The notes beneath the pieces are model-generated. The model saw nothing but the letters and a program-made list of their open reading frames with translations, was not told the origin of the DNA and did no database searches. 64,000 bases of DNA from Catajapyx aquilonaris (Eukaryota): assembly GCA_000934665.2 (NCBI GenBank), contig JYFJ02001494.1:1-64000 (forward strand), written 5' to 3'. Position numbers and translations under genes: made by a program. This document shows, piece after piece, positions 52,545 to 64,000 of this stretch. Position 1 is the stretch's first letter; each line of letters begins with the position of its first letter.

Positions 52545-55500
52545 ATGGAACTGGTGTCTCCCCACAAGGACCACGAGGTCCCGCAGCCAAAATGCATGCT
52601 GGGGGACTTCCTCATGCAGGCGGTCAAACGGAAGCTGGACAATCAAGGGGACGGATTTTGGCTGGTCAGTCTATAGTAATGCATAATATTACGTATAGGC
52701 CTACTGTGCACGGTATATATACATGGTTTATACAGTATAGCCTTAATTGAGCTTATATTGGCAAAGTCACTGCAGACTGGATCATTAAAAGGTGATTCAA
52801 ACATGTCAAGCATCGACATGACGACGAGATTTTTGTTGCTTTTATTCAGTGTGTTATACTGGGTAAAAGGAATCGCTGTGGTCGTGGTATTGTTAATCAC
52901 ACTTTCTACTTCCCATTACCAAATTAATAACAATGACACTAAATTTTGCATATAATAATTTTAAGATCGTGTCACATTCCTCACTCAAGAGCAGGCTGCT
53001 CACTATAGTGCAGGTGGCATGTGCTATTTACATTAAAGGAAGATGTAATTTGCTGAAGGTCAGTATTGCATATATAGCTTTAATCAAGGCTAAGCATCTT
53101 GTGACAGTGTGTGAGAGAGAGATCCACCCCCTCTATCCCTCTCTCCCTCTCTCCCTCTCCCCCCCCCCGACCCCTTCGGCTGTGAGACCGATCATATCGG
53201 GTTATAATTGAATTACCGTCGTTACCTAACCTGTCAACACAGTTATTTTCCTATGATGTTGACATCACCAATTTAACCTTGGGTTAAACATTCCCTAGAG
53301 TTCTCCTCACCAACAAAAAAAATCGTTGCTATATGTGACTGGTGAAATCATCCGAATAATATTCTAATACATTGATTTACCAGCTCATTGGTATATATTA
53401 CATAACCTCAAGCAAAGGCCATATTGTAGTCGTCACCGATTAGCTCTTGCCGATTCGAGTTTGTATGAACCCGTTGTGTAAGTTCCACCAGAGTGACAAT
53501 TTTATTTACCTGATGCATCACTGCAATATTTTTGCAGCAATATCGCAAGGCCACATTTCGGGAACATCGAGGGTTTACAAAACATCTTGCAAACAAATTA
53601 TTAAGTTCTGTATCATATTAACATGGCTTTTCATGATTGATTGATTCAACCATGAAACCAATCAGTCGTGGCTTTTCATGAAGGATCACTGTTAATTAAA
53701 TCAAGTCGTGGAATGCCTATTCACCACGTAGGAAAGGATGGCGGTTCTATTAGTTATCTATTATGTCTGTGTGTAATTAGAGCTGCCCAGTGACACCGGT
53801 GGCCCCTCTTTCAACCCCACCAATAAACTTATTGTGAGATGACAGTATAGGAGACTCAAATTTATTGGCGCCAATAATTAGTGAAGTGGTAAAAAGGAAA
53901 AGGAAAGCTGGAAGATGAAAACAATCTCGAGATTTCCATATGTGCTGAATGATGAAGGCGAAAATAACAGTGAGAATACACGTTTTTAAATGTAAATTAC
54001 AACGTTTACTATGCAAATACTCGTATCAGTGCATAGAGACACCATTTTCTGCTTTATCTCCAACGTGTATAAAATATCCTGCTGTAGGCCCTATATAGTT
54101 CTATTTCTTCTATACAGGGTGTAAATGAATTCAGCCGACAAACTTGTAGGGGTGATAGAGGGGACCAAGACAAACATATTTGACATAGGAAACCGTGTCC
54201 GGAAACGCCATCTAGAGGGGGTTCATAGACGAGGAACGGGTGCGCTCAGACGCGTCAGGCTGGCGGCGTTAGCGAGCGTACCGTTTAGCTGCTAGGTGGC
54301 GGGTGGATTGTACACAGCTTTGCAATTCACCATAACCTGGCAACAACAGAGCCACCTAGCAAGTAAAGTCAGCATGCTAGGTAGCGCGCAGATAATAAAC
54401 AACAACTCTGTTGTTGCCAGGTTATGGCGAAATGCCCAAAGTTGTGTACAATCCGCCCGCCACTTAGCAACTAAACGGTCCGCTCGCTAACGCCGCCAGC
54501 CTGACGCGTCTGAGCGCACCCGTTCCTCGTCTATGAACCCCCTCTAGATGGCGTTTCCGGACACGGTTTCCTATGTCAAATATGTTTGTCTTGGTCCCCT
54601 CTATCACCCCTACAAGTTTGTCGGCTGAATTCATTTACACCCTGTATACACCTCTTCAATATATTACTGCCAGATGTTCAAGTGACGCAAACCCTCTATA
54701 GAGTACAATAATGAGAGATCCAGCAGTTAAGCTTCGTTCATACCCTTACGAACGCCCTATAGCTTCTTTTCCCCTCAGGACATGTGACAATACCAGCATA
54801 TTGCAGGTGTAGCTCAGCTTGTTATTAAATTGTCGTCAGCAATAAATCTGACAATAAGAATAATATGAGCAAACCGAGTTTCAAGTTGTAGTCTGCTTCA
54901 GTGACAGTGGAACCGAACCTATACTGCATCTGTTTATTTACTACTGACCCGTGCACCAGGCACATGTGGTGCGCTTGACTCGAGGTCAACTCCCAGTCAG
55001 ACGCGGCTCAAAAAAAGACAACATTATGTTATGTGTCGTTCGAAACATTGTTTAAATCCGCGTATCATATATAATGAACGAATTGATTTTGTAACAACTC
55101 TGTGTGTATTTTTACAAGTGTGCGTCATATATTGAACAGAACTGCCGGATCGCATACCTGCAGGGAGTTGTTTCGAGTTTTAAACGCAGGGGTCATTATT
55201 AAAATAATTAACGGATAATAAGTCACGTTCTGCTCATCGGCCTTCAGCTCAAATTACCAGGCCTATTATTATATATAAACACAGTCATTCTTGAGAAATC
55301 CCCGTGAATGAAGGGATTAACTGCGTCAATTTGTAGGAACCATTATGAAAGGCCAACCACGTCCATTTGAACGAAAGTAATACATACCGGTCATTACGAA
55401 CATATGGCAATGTGCTAGATAGAGAAAAAAAATAAGTAGGACGCGCCTATGTGGCTCCGAGAACGAAGGCTTTTGGCGGAAAAAATGCTCAATATATTAT

Positions 55501-58500
55501 GTGAACAATGAAAAAGTGCAAGTTATAGTCGCAAAAGGGTGAGAATTAAGACGTGACATATGGAGGTCACGATTATTATACAAATTTGCATTTTAAAACT
55601 CGAAATGTTGCATGATTGGCAAGTGCGGATGCCTATACTTGAGTTGCTTCATGAATACAGTACAAAAATTAGGTTTTACTATACATTGTCGATGTTGCCC
55701 ATTGCAAAACCCAAACCTACGTGCTGCACTATGTAGAACGTATTGCGCAATCATTTATGCCTTTATGTACCACTATTAATGACAACCTGCTGAGTACCTT
55801 GAAATATTCTCCTTATTCTGCAACAGCTGTATCAGTATTAAGAATTTCATTTCCACTTTTAACTAGTTGCTGCTGGGCACAGCCTATAAATAATTTTAAA
55901 AACATGAAAAGTTGTGACATTTTTTTGCAACAGTTGATTGTCACTATTTTACCTTTCACTCTAATGTGTATACCATACACATTATTATGCATATTTTCTA
56001 TCAAAACCTCGTACCCGGTGCCAATTATTGGTATCCTACAGACTGTTTTGTATTTGCACCATTTCGGGTTGCAAAAGGTCCACTGCATCTTTTACCACTT
56101 TTGGCAACTTTGCACCTTCACTTCCTTCCTTGACTTACTCCTCATCAGTACTGTATACTGTTTGGCTATAATATTCACGTGCCAAAATACTAGCCGAAAA
56201 TAAAGTCGCGAGACGAAAACCCCCTGTATGTAGCACAAACCTTTCAAATTTCTCATCCAGACGGACCTGAGCAACGACCAGCAGCTGCGTTACTCCGAGC
56301 TGGAACCTTTGACCCGCCGTGTGGGCAGCGCCCTGACCAGAATGGGCTTCGGAAGACAGGACGTCATGATGTACGTCTCCAACAACTCGTGTCTCTTGCC
56401 GGCCATCTTCCTCGGGGTCTGGAGACTCAACGGCGCCCTGGGGCCATCCTACCCGGAGGACACTGTCGGTCAGTATATTAATGAACCAAATCATCATAAT
56501 TATGCTTCGAGGTGGAACCCATCAGGTATTCCAAGTGTTTCGGACTAGCAGTTAGCCTGGAGATATACCTAAATATCAGCTCCTCAGTAACGAGTAAAAA
56601 GGAAATACAAAGCCTTCATCTTAGCTTACAATAAGGAGTTCTGGTGGTTGCACATAATAATCAGCTGCATTTTACGGCATATGGACACCACCGATGAACA
56701 GGATGGTTTGTGACTCTATTTTGTTTGAGTTCACCTCGTTTCAGAGACTCTGGTCGGACGAATGACGGACACCGAGTGTCGGTTCATAGTTTGCGACAAG
56801 GAGGTGCTTCCGTCGGTGAAGGAAGCTTGTACACGCCTCGATTGGCCGGTCAACATCTTCTGTTTCGACGCAGTTGATGGCGCCATTCCCGTCGGAACAC
56901 TCCTGGAAGACGACGGATCGCGTCAGTTGCGCTTATATATTATTTGTGATACAGTTAAGGCCCATTCACACAGTCCGTCGGCGGTTTTGGTTTTTGGTCG
57001 CGTTGACACTGCGGACCAATCATGACTCATGTAAACAAGCACAACCCATTGTTTAGAGCATGTTTACATGAGTCATGATTGGTCCGCGGTGTCAAACGCG
57101 ACCAAAAACCAAAACCGTCGACGGCCTGTGTGAATGGGCCTTTAAACCAAGCTTTCACTTGAACTCGTTGGGAACCAAATTCAACATTGCAGCGACACTT
57201 TTGGTCAACCTTTCCCTATAGGGTTGAAACAAGTACTCGAACGCATGATAACGCCCAAACATCAGTCTCAGCAATGGACTATACACCATACACATAGCTG
57301 ACGGATATACCACTACTTGTTGAAATTAAGCTTTCTCTGCTTGTAGTCTAAACTCCATCACATAATACTGTATGTTTTACCAGATCATCTGGCGAATATC
57401 ACCGTTCATTTTGCCCGACTTTGGCAGGTTTTCCGACGAAAGTGGACTACCAAATGGACGACCTAGTGAGCATCGTGTGCACCGGTGGTACCACGGGGGT
57501 TAGCAAGGGGGCGGCACACACCCACAGGAGCCTCCTCAACTTCCTCACACATCACAACTGGATGTAAGTCATCGAAATGTTTTCAGCAATTGCCACCAAA
57601 ACCGAATCCACTAGAGTGACTATAGACCCTATAATTACTCTTCAGTGAAAGTACTGTAGGCCTACCCATCATGAGAGGTCTCAGGCACTCCCCACGAGTA
57701 GTGTTATCGGAGTAGGACGTATACATCAGTTTAAATTTAAATTTAACTGTTTAAGGAGGACTGCCCGGCATAGCCTTTCATCCTTGTGTAGGACGTATAC
57801 AGTAGGAGGTTTCAGTGTTACATACTTTGGAGGAAGAAACAGACCACAAAGTAAAGATCGCATGAGCTTATCCTGCCTTTATGGCGATGACACTATATCA
57901 GGAATATTACTGGCCACTAAGGCGCGACAATGGGATGGAATTAACACGGTTGGTTTTGATCAAACATTCAAGGACATTGATTTATTTGACACGAGTATCA
58001 CTAATATGCTTTTAAATGTATACTCGAGTGATGGCGCTAAATGTCGTTTCAGGCTCTCGAAGGTAAGGAACGGGACAATGCTCCTGACCGTCAAGGTGTT
58101 CCACCTGGGGGGAACCATCTTCCCAGCCCTGGCCCTGGTCCGAGGCTGCCACATGCTACTCATGTCCATCTCCAACTCGGACACCCTCACCAGGGGGTTA
58201 CACCGGTACAAGGTCAGTGGTCACTTCTTGCTTTGAATGAATTACAGTGCACGTTATGGAAGAATCCCATATTATCCATTACCGGTACTCTAAAAATTAC
58301 TCCCCACGCCATAAATGACGTCGCCTAACCCCCCGCCTATAAGCTAGATTTGATGAGAAAAGCCCGTCGTTAGTGTGCGTGACATTATGTTAATCGCAAT
58401 GTGTGGCTTCATTACATGGTGGGACGTGTGGTGCTAAAGGGATGCTTGTCATTTCCAAGAACACCGCTTTACGATCCTTGACCGAGCCAACCACACTGGT

Positions 58501-61500
58501 CAAATGTTTTGTGATAAAATTACGGTTATTACAGTTAATAACAACAACAACTATACAACAACAACAACAACAACAACAATAGTTAACTTGATGTCGTCCT
58601 CGTGAGTGAGATTCGAATAAAGGAAATATTTCAGATACCGGTATTTTAAATAAATATGCGGAATCCTTGCCAGCCAAAATGTTGACTCGCATTGGCATAA
58701 TCTTCCAAACATTATACACTGATATTATTGTGACTTGCAGATATCTCAGTTCAGAAATCGACATTCTATTTTCCATACTTTCCTCCAAGCAAATTTCACG
58801 TATAGTTATTGATAAATAAACCACAGTCATCAATTTACGCTATAATTGATCCACCGACGGATATTATTTTACACCAGACAAATATTATGCACATGGTGTA
58901 ATAATATGAACCTTTTATGTTACACTATGTACAGTATATATTATTCTGTTTGAATGATTATTTTCTTAGCCCTCCCAGATCTTATCTTTACGAAGGTGTG
59001 GGATCTTTCTACCCCAAGATATTTTATTTCAAAGCATTGGCTATTTGGCCGTGAAATTTTCAAAGTAACTTTGCCAAAACTATACATGATCAAAATAAAT
59101 AAAGGCATATTTGACACAAACAACATCCCGATCGGAGCCGTGGACATCTGATGCAAAGTGGTACCGTATAGCTAAATGTCTGCACCTCCCTACTGTGGTT
59201 TTGTTGTCTTTGGGAAAGTTTAATTTTACAAAAAAAAAATGTTGCAGCCAAGCGCTTTTTGAGCTGCACTCATTCATTTACTTTTTCCCGCTCGCTCCTT
59301 AAGATGTCGCCTTTAATTTTGGTCCCTTATTTGACAATGTAATTATGAGAACGGAATAATCTGAATGACGACAGGGTTATAAGAAATCCCGAGTTGCATG
59401 TTGTTTCTCTCTCTCCCCCTATTCTTATGCAATAAGTCATATAATTTTTGTTCTCTTGTAAGTCTCGTCCCTCTAATAGGATTATAGTCTGCTAATGACA
59501 CCACAATATATTGCTTGATATTGAATGTATAAATGGCCAGCCTTCCGCCCTGCTGGGCTTCCCGACCACCCTGATGTGGACCGTGACTGACCCTAACGCG
59601 GACAAGTACGACTACAGCTCGGTGGAGTCCATCATGACCGGGGGCGCCCCCATTTCCGTCGCCCAGCAGGAGAAGCTGAAGGAAGTACTTCCCAACCTGC
59701 AGGTCATTCACAAGGTTCGTGTTTTAAATAACTTTTAATGCAGCTGGATAGAGGGCAAAATAATATATTACAGCATGATGTGAGCTTGGTGGGGAATGGA
59801 GCTGACTTCGGCTGACTTTGTTCAAATCATCTCGAGAAATCTTTGTATATACACTGTCACCCGCGGCATTAATATTATTTTTAAATCCGATCTAGATGTA
59901 CGGGATGACCGAATGTCTCATCGCCACCGCTACCTTCGATCCGTTGTCCGTGACGTCGGAGGACCAGGAAGTACCCCTGCACAAAGGTATGCATTACCTT
60001 GATCTGCAGCTGTGCCATGGCCCTATTTTCGAAAATTTAGGCAAGGGAGACCTTATTCCCGCACGGGAAACGAGAGTTATTGACTCCCCATCAGATCTAC
60101 TGGCATATTCAAGAAAAACATTTAGCCCTACTGTAGTTCTCCGTAAGTCCTCTTATATAGGTTGATTCGAACATAAAGCAAAAGTTCCCCTGCACTTCTG
60201 AACTAAAAACAGCTTCTCCTCTTCATAATAACCGTCTCTCTAGTCCTGCATGGATGACAACTCTGACAAAAATACAGGAATACTCCTATAGAATACAAAC
60301 ATTCCAAGTGGAGCATTCCGACGCGACGATTCGAACCCTTCACACTAATCATTATTTCCTTGGGCATAAACTCAAGAGTTCTTGTCACAATGTCTTTTTG
60401 TTGAAACTCTCGACAGTGACTCGATCACTCATCGTTAACTCCTTACAGGTACACCCGACAACAGCGTTGGAAAGCTTGTTCCCAACATGAAAATCAAGGT
60501 AACATGAGTTATGCAGAAAGCTGTTGACAGACATCCGCTTAGAAGATCATAATTATTATAACCACCAAAATTATTGGTGATTTCAGATCGTGGATTCGGA
60601 GACCCAGAAGGTGTTGGGGCCGGACACCCCTGGCGAGATATGGATGTCAGGACCGTCACTCATGAAGGAGTATTTTAAGAAGCCAGAGGTACGCAGATTT
60701 GGTCCCCTGTATACCTAATCAGGCAATCATGGTCGCGTCACCGGCACACACAAATGGATTGAAATATTATCTGCTATAGTGCCATTGTTCTTATTTGATA
60801 TACACCTCGGGAGAGGAAACACGTTACTAAGTTGGTGTTGGCAGTTCCCCGGCACACAAAAATGCGAGATGACGATTATACATGTATTGCCATTATTATT
60901 GTCCGCACCATCAAAAACACCAATTACTCCACACAACTACTGTAATACACAATAACTACTACACTACCACATTTGCATTATTATTGGATTATTGGTAGAC
61001 TGATTTACGATATTTTTCATGTGAGAACTATAGCCATGTGAGATGAAAAGTTCACCGATCGGACTTTCATTATTATTTTTTGAAATGAAATGAAGAATTT
61101 AGCCCATTCATTATTTTGGTGCATAATTATGTGCCTTTATAGCAAGGAGCTGCAAATTGAAATCAAACCTGATTTTGACATCGACTTTCTACGTCAGTTG
61201 CCCAGCAGATGCTTCAGCTTACAAATAAGCTTACTACAAGTAAATATAATGTAAACGTTGTTTCTGATGGTACAGTGAATGTACTGTATTTATTATATGT
61301 CAATATGTCGTACAGTGTCAGCCTGGAACCCCAGAAGCAATTACATTAATCATAGGCCTACTGCATAAAAGGTCAGTGACATGCGGATCATTGCAGGCGA
61401 CTGCCGAAACCATTCGAGACGGATGGATCAAGTCCGGAGACTACGGGTATTACGACAAGGACGGGTTCCTGTATGTGACTGATCGCATGAAGGACACCTT

Positions 61501-62417
61501 CAAGTATTGGAACTACCACGTAAGTTGCATTGCCCGTGCCGGAAACGATTTCGTCCAGATAGGCCATTGTCGGGGTCAGACGTCAAGACGTACAAGGAGT
61601 ACTACAGTGTCATGGGAAGAAGGGTGCTGGTGCTGGGGGAACTATACTCGGATTGTGTGGGCTTTTATTTAAACAAAAACAAACATTGGCGCACTATATG
61701 ATTTATGGAAAGTTTCATTTAAAAGTAGGCATATAATTTTAAAAGAACAAGCAAGGTCGTTTGAGTGGCGAATGTAGAGTACACCAGAATACTTCAAACC
61801 TTGTCACTGACCACAATAATTAAATTACTCGCATGACGAGGCTGCTGAAGCCAAATGACTCCACGCGACATAAAGTAGTATAGTCCTCTGTTATACCCAT
61901 GACCTCACTGAGAAGTTTGAATAATAATCGTGCTGCAACAGTCCCCTCTGAATGTGTTGCGACCACTTGACAACTTTATGGATTGATTCGACGCAGATAT
62001 CACCCGTGGAGTTGGAGGAGGTGATTACGAAACACGAGAATGTCACCGAGGCCTGCGTCGTGGGCATCCCCGATCCGGAAGGAGGAGACACCATACCCAG
62101 GGCATACGTCGTCAGGAAGAATCCCAACCTCACCGAGGACTCTCTCAAGGAATACGTGCGCGGTGCGTTAACCCACTTGGGCAGTGCTTGGCTCGCACTT
62201 TTATACCCCCAACTGCATGCTATACATGAACACAGTTAATAATTCTTATACATTTGCATTCTCTTCCTCATCCGTCTTTATAACTTCAGCTCGTGTGGCC
62301 ACGTACAAGCAGCTTCGCGGAGGAGTGTCTTTCCTGGAGGAACTGCCGAAATCCCAGGCGGGGAAAGTGTCCCGCCAGCAGCTGCTGCTCAAGATCAAGG
62401 AAGGAATCATTATTTAG
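52545..62417 (+). CDS. 4-coumarate-CoA-ligase/luciferase-like acyl-CoA synthetase (ANL superfamily); exons 52545-52664, 56261-56468, 56745-56921, 57428-57563, 58053-58212, 59541-59714, 59896-59986, 60449-60498, 60587-60688, 61397-61519, 61997-62162, 62290-62417
   Basis: P-loop [62 protein letters not shown] and LPKSQAGK; all junctions GT-AG and in phase. Confidence 0.92.
54115..54644. mobile_element. Tc1/mariner-type fold-back MITE in intron 1 of the acyl-CoA synthetase
   Basis: CAGGGTG termini, TA flanks, ~230-bp near-identical inverted arms. Confidence 0.88.
56959..57140. mobile_element. PIF/Harbinger-like palindromic MITE
   Basis: GGCCCATTCACAC...GTGTGAATGGGCC termini in TAA/TTA-like flanks; not seen at the homologous position of the pseudogene copy. 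Confidence 0.72.
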
Positions 62418-62789
62418 CTAATAATGTATAGGGGGCATCGATTTATTCAGGCCTTGCAACTTGGCTTCCATCAACTGTGCACTTATCCAACCAGTACTAC
62501 TAAGTGTAAACACAAAGGAGCAGACCTATATGTACAGAGCCCGCCAAGCACCACCCCTGGTATAGCCTATACGGGGCAATATGTTTCAGATAGTTACTCC
62601 CAGACTTTCTATATGAAGGGGTCGCAGGAGACACATCTTCAAAATAACAAAATTAGTAGATTAGCCGCTTGTTAAAATTTGCCAATAAACTTGTTGACGA
62701 GAATGGCCAAATCTTTTTCCCCACTAACCAAACCTGTATGCACTATCGCTGGATGCTCAACAAGGTAATATCAGTATTAACCACTGGGT

Positions 62790-63029
<240 letters not shown>

Positions 63030-63079
63030 CACTGGGTTTCGAGCCAAACCCGCCATAACCCGAACTAATGAACTTCAAT

Positions 63080-63244
63080 GGCCAAGGGGGTAACCACTTC
63101 GGTACTCCAGTGTAGCACACCTACACTGGTACTCTCAGGTACTCCCAAGCACTCCCTGGTAGTCCTTGGTACTCCCTGGCACTCCTTGAATTTGGTACTC
63201 CAGTGTACACTTTATACAGTGGAGTGGTTACCCCCTGCTGGCCA
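63080..63244. mobile_element. Short TIR element with internal GGTACTCC subrepeats; diverged inverted copy at ~7415-7549
   Basis: ggccaagggggtaaccact...agtggttaccccctgctggcc. Confidence 0.6.
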
Positions 63245-64000
63245 ATACAGCGCTTGACGACAGCCTTTTAAAGCGAATTTCGTGAAGAGGTTCTGCTCTG
63301 TACACATGCGTAGTTCCAAGACCCCATCTGCCTGGTTGACTATTTGGCTACAAGCACTTGTCCTCAAACATCTCCTAATGAAGCAAAGTATAGTCTGTAG
63401 AAGCAGCTGCTATATAAGAGGAAAAGTTAGCAATGAAGCAGCAGTCCTTATGATATATGACACTGCAATTATTTGCAAAGCAAGTAACGCTTTGAAACAG
63501 CCCCAAATGGAAATGGCTGAAAATGAGCTGGCACTGTCTACATAATCTGCAATATTGAAAACGTTCCGACAGAGTTATGCGCCTTTAGTGGCACACACTC
63601 TTTCTCACATTACAACAACTGTCCCTTTCCACTGGATTTCATCGATGGGGTTAGAAACTGTCCGTATAGCAACCGTAGCAGAAGGCAGATCGGGGTTAGC
63701 ATTCCACCAGCCACGAAATAAATCAGTGCATTACTTTGTTGGCTGAATAAAGAACATCTTCCGAATAATCATACCCATTGGCTACTGCGACATCAATTAT
63801 TCAAATTAAGACTGTTAACCGTATTATGATAATATTATGGAGTCTCCCGTGTCACGACCAGTATTATTATAATACTGCACTAATAAGTTTGCCTAACTTT
63901 GAGCAGGTTATCAAGTATATGTGCCTGATGGTAGAAAAATACCCAGCAGGTTGTAGAATTTAGTTGTATGGAAGTGGAGACCCTTCCTTCCCAAGTGAGG

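Noticed and set aside
52545..62417. True luciferase or bioluminescence system
   Set aside because: Luciferase-like acyl-CoA synthetases are widespread in non-luminous arthropods; the pocket motifs differ from firefly luciferase and nothing else here supports light production.

Overview
Eukaryotic genomic DNA, most likely from an arthropod: GT-AG introns, GC-rich exons in an AT-rich background, SINEs and MITEs. No prokaryotic features are present. In order, the window holds: (1) three divergent ionotropic receptor (IR) genes at 0.1-7.2 kb, two sharing intron positions and one intronless; (2) a ~29 kb array (8.0-37.0 kb) of 12 small, four-exon genes that the ORF track almost entirely misses; (3) two tandem TCF23/TCF24 (MyoRb)-type bHLH genes, one canonical and one diverged; (4) a decayed copy and an intact 12-exon copy of a 4-coumarate-CoA-ligase/luciferase-like acyl-CoA synthetase. 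The 12 array genes encode secreted ~90-160 aa proteins with the scaffold C-x17-27-C-x8-C-x26-31-C and intron phases 1/2/0. I could not assign this family, and it is the main finding. tRNA-derived SINEs, Tc1/mariner and Harbinger-like MITEs and many fold-back palindromes are interspersed. All gene models were spliced by eye and need RNA confirmation.
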